In this document: positions 25,192 to 32,114 of the stretch, piece by piece
How the letters are laid out: the number at the start of each line of letters is the position of its first letter
Position numbering within the stretch: the stretch's first letter is position 1
From: a virus
Taxonomy: Duplodnaviria; Caudoviricetes
DNA: 32,114 nucleotides
IMG/VR virus record: IMGVR_UViG_3300037420_000387
Location: 1-32,114 of that record
Reading direction: 5' to 3' (one strand)
Notes under the pieces: model-generated
The model's database searches: none
The model's input: only the letters and a program-made list of their open reading frames with translations
Told to the model about the DNA's origin: nothing
Program-made: the position numbers and the translations under genes

Positions 25192-25539
25192 TTAAACAGC
25201 TATTTTATAGTCCGTATTGAGTTTTTTTATTCTCCTATTAATCGCCCAACGCATGTTCATTATTGAGTTTTTTGACCGGTAGCCAAAGACTAATTTTAGT
25301 TCTTTTATTGGGCGATCCCTTAATTCAAATAACTTAAGCCTTTCTTCCTGGGACCAAAAGCTATATCTTGCAAATTGGCCTAAAACCAGCGCCTGGTCAT
25401 TAGTTTTTGCCGCCATAGCCTGGCAGTAATAACAATCCGGGCTTTTACACTCGTAGGTATAAGTGCCTTCACCCTGAAGTTCAACAGGTACAAGGCCGGG
25501 CTTTTCAATAGCTGGATATAAAACGATTCTTTCGCTCAT
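25192..25539 (-). CDS. Hypothetical protein with a Myb/HTH-like C-terminus
   Basis: CKSPDCYYC and WSQEE..L...RSKNSI. Confidence 0.65.
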   Translation of the reverse strand: MSERIVLYPAIEKPGLVPVELQGEGTYTYECKSPDCYYCQAMAAKTNDQALVLGQFARYSFWSQEERLKLFELRDRPIKELKLVFGYRSKNSIMNMRWAINRRIKKLNTDYKIAV

Positions 25540-25575
25540 TTAAGCGGGTTTTAAATAATTTTAATAGGGATGACC

Positions 25576-25635
25576 AATTTATGAATTTCACTCTGAATAT
25601 TTGTTATAAAAATGAAAATTAATCTGAAAATTATT
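25576..25635. repeat. Dispersed 60-bp non-coding repeat, copy B
   Basis: 51/60 ungapped identity to 9050-9109. Confidence 0.85.
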
Positions 25636-25795
25636 TTCCACCTATAGCCAGATGGTTCAGGTGCAGGTAAAGCAAATAAAGTCCGTAGCCAAAACACATA
25701 CCTAGGATAACAACACCCAACAGAACTACGCTTAACAAAAGCGTCACAATCGCTTTATGAACCCATAATGGCCGGTTGTTAATGTCTAATCTCAT
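25631..25795 (-). CDS. Small single-TM protein (start revised to MRLDINN)
   Basis: Long hydrophobic segment. Confidence 0.55.
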   Translation of the reverse strand: MRLDINNRPLWVHKAIVTLLLSVVLLGVVILGMCFGYGLYLLYLHLNHLAIGGK

Positions 25796-25903
25796 GGCTT
25801 TAATTTTTGAATTGTTAAAAAATAGCCTTTCCGCTCGCCGTACTCGGCTATTCAAACCTAAACCTTAAACTATTTCACATGTATTGGCCTTTAACCAATT
25901 TCT

Positions 25904-28000
25904 TTATACTGTCACCAATTCTTTTGATGGCTTATAATAAGCCTGGAAACGAACAGTGTCTTTATATTCGGGTGATTTAATCAAAGCGTCTCCTGCGCCA
26001 GCTAATGACTCAGCTCCGGCCTCATCCAGCACCACACGGCTATCCGCTTCTTTTGGTACTCTGAAACAAATCTGAACAGGAAAGTTAACCTTTGCATCAC
26101 CAGTTATCACTTTAACAGAGGCGCGTTGTGTTGCTGAAATAATCCTGAAACCGGTTGACCGGCCTTTCTGTAATAACACCCGCAGATTTTCCTCCAATGA
26201 TTTCATTTCGCCGGTATTTTTGAGGCTCATCTTTGGATTTCCGTTCGCATAGCATCCGGTTTCAACCATTTCAAAGGTCTTTAACTCTGCGCCCTTCCTT
26301 GACATTGCTACTGCATCGGCGAACTCATCAAATACAATTAGCGTTTTTTGTTTTTTTCCTGATTTAACAAGGTTATTCATGTCTTCAACCAGATTAGCCA
26401 TCTGAGTTTCGATTTCAAGTATCTCATTATAGACCTCGACGCCGCTGCCTTCGTATTCTGTAAATTCATATTTTGGGTCGAAAATAACTATCTTATCAAC
26501 CCTGGCGTGTTTGGCGTACTCAATGGTAGATTTGATAGATACAGACTTTCCGCTACCGGTAGCGCCGCAAATAAGCACGTGAGGGGTAGAATGATTATCC
26601 AGGTCCCAAATGATTGTATTATCGTAGTTATCCTTACCAAGTGGGATTCTCATGCCCTGCAAAGCGGATGGGTCGAATATCAAATCCTTTTCACGCTTCT
26701 TAGCAAACTCGATGCTTACATAAGATTTGCCATTGTGAACTACCAGGTCGCTTGTGATACGCACCGCTGAAACGTCCAATGCATTTGCTATGTCCAGTTT
26801 GTGAGAGTGTACAGAAGTGATCTTTACGCCAGCAGACACTTCCAATAGGTAAGTATTACTTGAATAACCGTCAAATTTATACGCCACTTTAACAATTATG
26901 CCGAAGCTGCGTAATATATGCTCAATTTTTTGTTCTTGTGTCATGTCTTTATTGCTTAGGTCGTACTGAATAAATTCAGCAGCATTCTTTTGAAACTCTT
27001 TAATTACTTTCGGGTTGATCGCCGCTACCGAGGCGTCACGGATCTTCTTAAGCCGCTTTTGTATAAGTTCTTTTTTAGATGGCGCTATGTCGAACTCTTC
27101 AACCTCTGCCATCATTGTTTTTGCCCAGAACTCGTATATCTCTGACTTATCGATAAAGTTATCCGATTCGTTGATCAGGTAAACATAATCCGGGTTTTGA
27201 ACCGCTTCCAGCATCCGCTTTAATGGCTCGTATAAAAGAGCTTCGTAAAGGCGGCGAACATCTTTATCGATCTTAATTTTGAAGTTGTTAAGCTGCGCTG
27301 ATCCGTCTCGGTTAGTTGATATTTTATTCTCTACAAACCAAACCTCATCGATTTCATATCCGGTCTTTGCCTCGTAAAGATTAACGTAGGTGATTGCCTG
27401 AATGCCAATCGATAATTTAAGTTCTTCCTCATCAGAGAATTTAGTTTTCGATTTATGATCAATTATGGCCAGTTTCCCGTTATTTAACTGGACTACAAGG
27501 TCTATTTGCCCGTGACACGGCATAGGGATATCTACTCCGTTAATACTTAGCCATTCGTCGCAATAAACCTCTACGTCAACTATTTCTTTTATCTCGTCAA
27601 TATAGGTCCCAATCTCACCACAGAAGTTATTCAAAAGAGCGGTAGCGTCCTTATACGCTTTCTGACGGCTATCTTCAACCGTTGGTGTGGTCTTTTGAAG
27701 TTTCCAATAGTTGGCCGGGAAATCTTCTATGTAACCAAAAGCAATCCTTTCCAAATCGGGCAACTCCAAAGTTGTTCCTGCTTTTTTATCGTTGAAATAA
27801 GCTTTTAAAGCTTCATGGTACGCGGTACCGGCCACCGATGAAGCCGAACTTTTGCCTTTGATATTGTAGATATACCGCATTTCAAAGGCTTTCTCATGCC
27901 TGGCAAACTGTGAGAGTTTTGAATAACTCCAGCTTGTTATCAGGAAGTTTGAAAGCAGGTTATCTACTTGGTCTGGTGTATAGGTCTTGTATATACTCAT
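25904..28000 (-). CDS. PD-(D/E)xK (RecB-like) nuclease fused to an FtsK/SpoIIIE motor domain
   Basis: N-terminus: SYSKL, GTAYH, GQIDL, IIDHKS, QAITY. C-terminus: FtsK-alpha-like segment, IPLGKD, PHVLICGATGSGKS, FDEFAD, GRSTG..ATQR, DSRVVLD..GAESL.G.GD. Confidence 0.9.
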   Translation of the reverse strand: MSIYKTYTPDQVDNLLSNFLITSWSYSKLSQFARHEKAFEMRYIYNIKGKSSASSVAGTAYHEALKAYFNDKKAGTTLELPDLERIAFGYIEDFPANYWKLQKTTPTVEDSRQKAYKDATALLNNFCGEIGTYIDEIKEIVDVEVYCDEWLSINGVDIPMPCHGQIDLVVQLNNGKLAIIDHKSKTKFSDEEELKLSIGIQAITYVNLYEAKTGYEIDEVWFVENKISTNRDGSAQLNNFKIKIDKDVRRLYEALLYEPLKRMLEAVQNPDYVYLINESDNFIDKSEIYEFWAKTMMAEVEEFDIAPSKKELIQKRLKKIRDASVAAINPKVIKEFQKNAAEFIQYDLSNKDMTQEQKIEHILRSFGIIVKVAYKFDGYSSNTYLLEVSAGVKITSVHSHKLDIANALDVSAVRITSDLVVHNGKSYVSIEFAKKREKDLIFDPSALQGMRIPLGKDNYDNTIIWDLDNHSTPHVLICGATGSGKSVSIKSTIEYAKHARVDKIVIFDPKYEFTEYEGSGVEVYNEILEIETQMANLVEDMNNLVKSGKKQKTLIVFDEFADAVAMSRKGAELKTFEMVETGCYANGNPKMSLKNTGEMKSLEENLRVLLQKGRSTGFRIISATQRASVKVITGDAKVNFPVQICFRVPKEADSRVVLDEAGAESLAGAGDALIKSPEYKDTVRFQAYYKPSKELVTV

Positions 28001-28947
28001 GGCAGTATGGTTGCTTGTTGACCGGCCTTTAGTTGATCTTTCTTGTTGCTAACTTTTAACGCGGTAAGCTCCTCCTCTTTTAATAAATACAGGTCGGTTA
28101 ACTCCGGCGCGTCAGTGTCCAGATGAGGGCCAAGCGCTTTCAACTCTTCCAGTGATTTAGCCTCGGTGATAGACTTAGCCAGCGCATCCAAATCAATTGT
28201 GTTATCAACATAGCTGATATCTTCCGTCTCGGCATCATTAATGACGGCCTGATCAGATACGATAGCGCGCTGCATTTCTATTGAAAGAGGCGCATCTTTT
28301 GACAGGTTGAGTTTTGTAATGGTCTTTCTTGCCATACCGTCGAAATCATCTTTCCACAGACCATATCCTTTTTTATAGGTTTGGCTGTACTTCATACCGT
28401 GCTCCCTTAGTTCTTCGACGGTTTTATAAAGCGTCTTGCTAAAGCCATTCAAAAGCTCGAAGTAAGAAGCATACCCGATAATTGGAGTTTTTAGCCGGGC
28501 TTCCGGGTCTTCTATCCATTTGAATTTTATATCTCCGGTCAGGCGGTCGTATTTTTCAATCTCTCCCTGGCGCACATCTGTTTCATTTATTTTTCTGAAT
28601 TGGCCAGTACGGAAAGCCAATTGCTTAAAGCCCTTAGCGCCTACCTGGAATTGAGCAACCACCTGCCATGTATCCGGCTGGCCGTTAGTTCCCTTAATTT
28701 TGTTGTTATAGGGTACGATCCATGCAAAGCCAAGATTATTATTTAAAGGAAGGTCCAGCGTTGCTGCAGTTGCCGCTGCCTGAAATACACTGTTAGGGTC
28801 GGCATTTGCCAGCATAGCGTTTTGTGAAACGATCTGCAAGACCGATGTAATAAATCCCTGCGCCCTCTTCCCTAAAAGTTCCGAGAACTTTTGCTGGACA
28901 TTTTCCTGCGCGAACAGGGCTTTTGCTGTTAATTGTTGTTGTGCCAT
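27997..28947 (-). CDS. recT: RecT-family single-strand annealing recombinase
   Basis: LPLNNNLGFAWIVPY, AQFQVGAKGFKQLA.RTGQ, W..DFDGMARKT. Confidence 0.93.
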   Translation of the reverse strand: MAQQQLTAKALFAQENVQQKFSELLGKRAQGFITSVLQIVSQNAMLANADPNSVFQAAATAATLDLPLNNNLGFAWIVPYNNKIKGTNGQPDTWQVVAQFQVGAKGFKQLAFRTGQFRKINETDVRQGEIEKYDRLTGDIKFKWIEDPEARLKTPIIGYASYFELLNGFSKTLYKTVEELREHGMKYSQTYKKGYGLWKDDFDGMARKTITKLNLSKDAPLSIEMQRAIVSDQAVINDAETEDISYVDNTIDLDALAKSITEAKSLEELKALGPHLDTDAPELTDLYLLKEEELTALKVSNKKDQLKAGQQATILP

Positions 28948-28976
28948 TTGAATTTAAGATTTGTGGTTTTAAGATT

Positions 28977-29117
28977 TTAATTGATAATGTTTTTACCGGC
29001 AAAAGCCAGTTGATATTCCGCATAGGCGCAATAAAGACAGCCTATTAAAACAATACTTGATATAGCAATAAGTGCATATAATATGCCCGTATTTAAACTA
29101 AGTTCGCTAATTTTCAT
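28977..29117 (-). CDS. 46-aa single-TM protein (missed by ORF track)
   Basis: MKISELSLNTGILYALIAISSIVLIGCLYCAYAEYQLAFAGKNIIN. Confidence 0.6.
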   Translation of the reverse strand: MKISELSLNTGILYALIAISSIVLIGCLYCAYAEYQLAFAGKNIIN

Positions 29118-29126
29118 CGCTTATGA

Positions 29127-29402
29127 TTAAAGTATTCTGCTTATTATTAAACCAATTACCGCAAGTCCCATAACCCCGAGAATAGACCCTGTGGTTATTT
29201 TTTGCAGGCGGTGAAGCCTCTGTTTTTCTTTTCTCAGGATGGCATCGTACATGCCCTGTGCCTGGTCTTTTTGATATGCCATTTTAAGTTTTACGTGGTT
29301 GTAGATTGCCATTTCCCTTTCAGAGATCAATACTTCTTCTTTTTTGTGAGCCACTTTTAAAGTCTGTTTAAACGTGTTCTGTAGTTTCGGGGCCGCGTTC
29401 AT
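29127..29402 (-). CDS. Hypothetical protein with a C-terminal TM helix
   Basis: ATGA overlap; hydrophobic tail. Confidence 0.7.
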   Translation of the reverse strand: MNAAPKLQNTFKQTLKVAHKKEEVLISEREMAIYNHVKLKMAYQKDQAQGMYDAILRKEKQRLHRLQKITTGSILGVMGLAVIGLIISRIL

Positions 29403-29803
29403 GCTTTCGCTCCTTTCTTCTCCAGATAGTCACGGATTAAATTATTCAAGTCAATGGAATCCATTTCCATCAAACACGTTTCGGCGTCCTGGTCGATAAG
29501 TTCGTTGGTTATCTCGCCGTTGCTTACTGAAAGACGTTCCCATTTATTTAGCTCATTAGCGACCATATAACCCACTAAATCGTCTTTGGATATCTGAATA
29601 TCCATCCAGTCCGGGTTGCCTTCGTCAAGCTTGTATTCGTGGCAGTAAGACACGTGAAACTCTTTACCGATCAGTTCGGCGTCGTCAACGTACAGCGCTC
29701 GGGTGTTAGTGAATAATTCCTTAAAGAATTTATCCATCGCATCATTCATGTTTGCGCCAATCACGTTTGGTTTTCTGGTTTTAATTTGCGTATTTTGCAT
29801 CAC
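29399..29803 (-). CDS. Hypothetical protein
   Basis: ORF tiles the operon. Confidence 0.7.
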   Translation of the reverse strand: MMQNTQIKTRKPNVIGANMNDAMDKFFKELFTNTRALYVDDAELIGKEFHVSYCHEYKLDEGNPDWMDIQISKDDLVGYMVANELNKWERLSVSNGEITNELIDQDAETCLMEMDSIDLNNLIRDYLEKKGAKA

Positions 29804-29827
29804 ATTGAAATTTAAGATTTAAGGATT

Positions 29828-29856
29828 GCCAGTTTGCCGACTGGCTTTTCTGTTTT
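29828..29856 (+). terminator. Intrinsic-terminator-like hairpin with plus-strand T-tract
   Basis: GCCAGT-TTGCCG-ACTGGC-TTTTCTGTTTT. Confidence 0.55.
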
Positions 29857-30166
29857 ATGATCTTTGTAGTTTTAGTAAGGTCTTGTTGATCTTTGGTTTA
29901 ACCGACCGCAATTCCATAAACTTAATAAGGTCCGGTTTCCAAAATCTCAAATCTTTGCCGTCCTGGAAATAACCGATGTCGTGTTTGCGCATCATTAGCC
30001 ACTGTCTTGAAAAACCAGTGAATTGCATCACCTCGGCAACCGACATCCATTTGTTATCCTTTGCTTCTTTGAGTTCTTCTACAGTGTCTAAAAACAACTT
30101 GCGCAGAAGATTTAAAGATTCCTGTTGAGCTTTATAAGCTTCGCTCTCTATAGTGTAAACTTCCAT
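29855..30166 (-). CDS. Excisionase-like HTH_17 DNA-binding protein
   Basis: MEV.TIESEAY, KWMS..EV....GFSR, GYFQDGK..F...DL.KFME. Confidence 0.8.
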   Translation of the reverse strand: MEVYTIESEAYKAQQESLNLLRKLFLDTVEELKEAKDNKWMSVAEVMQFTGFSRQWLMMRKHDIGYFQDGKDLRFWKPDLIKFMELRSVKPKINKTLLKLQRS

Positions 30167-30167
30167 T

Positions 30168-30356
30168 TCAGTTGAGTATTAATTCGTTTTCAATTATACC
30201 GGCCAGTTCAAAGCGGTGAATGTTTAACCGCCTTGTCATGCCTTCCTTCTCCATCTCCGACTTTCTGATATCTTCCATTAGAAACTCGTTGTCTTTGCGC
30301 AGGCGGGCGTTCTTTTTAAGTTCAGCCTCATATAAGGCTTTATAGTCAGGCCGCAT
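30168..30356 (-). CDS. Small coiled-coil protein
   Basis: ORF tiles the operon. Confidence 0.6.
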   Translation of the reverse strand: MRPDYKALYEAELKKNARLRKDNEFLMEDIRKSEMEKEGMTRRLNIHRFELAGIIENELILN

Positions 30357-30588
30357 CCTGAATCCTCCACACCCTTGATTTTGTTTTTGGACATTCGGGG
30401 TCAGCCGATATGTGAAAGCGTTTCTTAGTCAGCTTGTGAAAATATCCCGATACTGAGTTTGCTACTACAGACCTCAAAGAATTCTCGAATGAAAAGCTTT
30501 CTTCAAAGTTTAACTTGTCTAGCGGTTTTCTCCACTTGTTCTTTTCCTTTACTGGTGCCGGAATGTTGTTTTCGATAGTTACTTCCAT
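30346..30588 (-). CDS. Small putative DNA-binding phage protein
   Basis: IENNIPAP, LDKL..ESF, RVWRI pattern. Confidence 0.7.
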   Translation of the reverse strand: MEVTIENNIPAPVKEKNKWRKPLDKLNFEESFSFENSLRSVVANSVSGYFHKLTKKRFHISADPECPKTKSRVWRIQDAA

Positions 30589-30589
30589 A

Positions 30590-31153
30590 TTAAATGATCC
30601 CCTTTTGTGTGGCCCAAATAGCCATTTCTATTTTGTTGTTTAAACCTGTTTTTAATCTGATGTTCTGAAAGTGCTTTTTAACCGTTTCGACCGAAAGGAA
30701 AAGCTTATCAGCAATGAGCTTATCCGGCAGCATTACAAGGCGGAACACCGACGTTTCGCATTTACTTAATACTACCGATCCTATTTTTATCGTGCAGCAA
30801 ACCAATCCTTCATAAGGGCAATTCCCGCGCAATGAACAAGGCACATACTCCGGTTCTGAAATATTCCCTTCGCTGTCAATGTCGGCCTCGGTATTTAAAG
30901 CACCGTATCGGCACATGATATACTTCTTTAACTTTTCTACCTCATCACTCCCCACCATTGACTCGACGCCTTTTTCAATTTCGGGGCGGGACTTCATATC
31001 ATGGTAAACAATAGCTTTTATGGCTGAAGGGGTATCGTTAAATGAATAAGTAACACCTGCATGATTACAGGCCGGCTGTAACTCGTTGTTGATTACCGCA
31101 GTAAAAAACTCCGTGTTATTTTCGATTAAGCCACCTGGTATTCTGTTCTGCAT
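30590..31153 (-). CDS. LuxR-type C-terminal HTH regulator in the cro position
   Basis: LSKCE, DKLIADKLFLSVETVKKH..NIR.K.G..NK; Cys cluster C..RG.C..EG..C. Confidence 0.85.
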   Translation of the reverse strand: MQNRIPGGLIENNTEFFTAVINNELQPACNHAGVTYSFNDTPSAIKAIVYHDMKSRPEIEKGVESMVGSDEVEKLKKYIMCRYGALNTEADIDSEGNISEPEYVPCSLRGNCPYEGLVCCTIKIGSVVLSKCETSVFRLVMLPDKLIADKLFLSVETVKKHFQNIRLKTGLNNKIEMAIWATQKGII

Positions 31154-31188
31154 TTTACTACTTATTAGGTATTGGACTGTTTGTTGTT

Positions 31189-31278
31189 TATATGCTATAT
31201 TTGTTTGTTAGATAATTAGCATATACAAATATATATAGAATTTTCTATTAATCAATAGAAACGTAAAGATTTTTCGAT
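31189..31278. promoter_or_regulatory. Lysis/lysogeny switch: opposed -7 boxes and putative operators
   Basis: TATATTTG on plus (31196-31203) and on minus (31233-31226); near-palindrome ATAGAATTTTCTAT (31235-31248) and variant AAAGATTTTTCGAT (31265-31278). Confidence 0.65.
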
Positions 31279-31290
31279 AAAATCCCCTAA

Positions 31291-32073
31291 GTGACTGAAA
31301 ATCAAAGATTAAAAATTATTAGAAATAGTTTAGGCAAGACTCAAACCGAATTCGGAAAGGTTTTCGGCCTGAAACAGGGGAGCTATGCAGACATAGAACG
31401 AGGCAAGGTTCGGGTATCAGGTGACATAAAAATCGCTCTTGAAAAAGAATTTTCTATAAATATAGAATGGCTCGAAACCGGCGAGGGTGATATGGTTATG
31501 ACGGGGAAGCTTGGTGAACGGAACGCCAAGTATGGCAAATCTGAGGATAACACCATACTAATAGGCCGCGTACCCGCCCCGGGCGAAGAAACGCAGATGG
31601 TCCCGCTTGGAAATAATCAATTCGGCTTAACTGTTCCCTTAATACCCATAAGAGCATACGCCGGATATATGGATAATTTCGGCGATCCTGAATATTTAGA
31701 AACCCTCGATAAACATACTGTGTCTGTTATAGGAAATTTTGCCGGAAGATATTTCGCCTTTGTAGTGAAGGGAGACAGTATGGAAAACTGGTCGTCGGAA
31801 GAAATGGCCCGGAAATCTATCCCCGAGGGAACTATAGTGACGTGCCGGGAAATACAGCGCCACCACTGGATGAATAAGTTACACCTGCACCGCTTTCAAA
31901 ACTATGTCATAGTTACCGACGACGGTATTATTACTAAGGAAATCACCGAACACAATACAATTGAGGGTTATATTATCTGCCATTCACTGAATCCTAAATA
32001 TAAGGACCGCAAAATAATGCTCGACGATTGTAAGCAAATATTGAACGTAGTAACAAAAACAATTCCTGAATAA
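31291..32073 (+). CDS. cI: CI-like repressor (XRE HTH + S24 peptidase)
   Basis: RLKIIR..LGKTQ.EFG..IERG, AYAG cleavage-site-like, VKGDSM catalytic Ser, IITKEI Lys; divergent from the lytic operon. Confidence 0.92.
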   Translation: MTENQRLKIIRNSLGKTQTEFGKVFGLKQGSYADIERGKVRVSGDIKIALEKEFSINIEWLETGEGDMVMTGKLGERNAKYGKSEDNTILIGRVPAPGEETQMVPLGNNQFGLTVPLIPIRAYAGYMDNFGDPEYLETLDKHTVSVIGNFAGRYFAFVVKGDSMENWSSEEMARKSIPEGTIVTCREIQRHHWMNKLHLHRFQNYVIVTDDGIITKEITEHNTIEGYIICHSLNPKYKDRKIMLDDCKQILNVVTKTIPE

Positions 32074-32114
32074 CTTAAACACTTATCACAATGGGCGCAC
32101 CTGAATTAATAATC

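Larger units (their letters stand above)
1..32114. mobile_element. Temperate prophage (partial), Bacteroidota host
   Basis: Repressor, recombination, replication, methylase, terminase and tape-measure genes are in lambdoid order and nearly all co-oriented. Both ends lie outside the window. Confidence 0.95.

Noticed and set aside
28793-29023. 76-aa minus ORF overlapping recT
   Set aside because: Overlaps both recT and a better 46-aa TM ORF, with no motif

Overview
This 32 kb window is the early-to-late half of a temperate, probably long-tailed (siphovirus-like) prophage of a Bacteroidota host. The host call rests on TTTG-N19-21-TAnnTTTG promoters, Q-rule signal peptides and a DnaB that looks Sphingobacteriaceae-like. 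Almost everything is on the minus strand, reading leftwards from a cI (XRE-S24) / LuxR-HTH switch at the right end. The order is: excisionase-like HTH, RecT, a PD-(D/E)xK nuclease-FtsK fusion, DUF4373-type replication initiator, DnaB, HNH protein, C5 and N6 DNA methyltransferases, a long array of small accessory genes, P22-gp3-like TerS, PBSX-type TerL, a frameshifting chaperone-like gene pair, tail-completion-like genes, a SprB-repeat virion protein, a glycosyltransferase plus secreted nuclease, and the 5' part of a tape-measure gene that the ORF track missed. No portal, capsid, tail tube, lysin or integrase gene is recognisable in the window. The most unusual signals are (1) a RecT-coupled nuclease fused to a soluble FtsK motor, (2) a 163-codon +1-frame gene nested in the C5 methyltransferase that begins with a clamp-binding-like QLTLF, (3) two closed, structured intergenic RNA-like elements, one with a tRNA/tmRNA-like acceptor and T-arm, (4) a dispersed 60-bp non-coding repeat, with a partial copy just upstream of the terminase promoter, and (5) a T9 -1 slippery site. 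All family calls come from motif recognition by eye; no searches were run.
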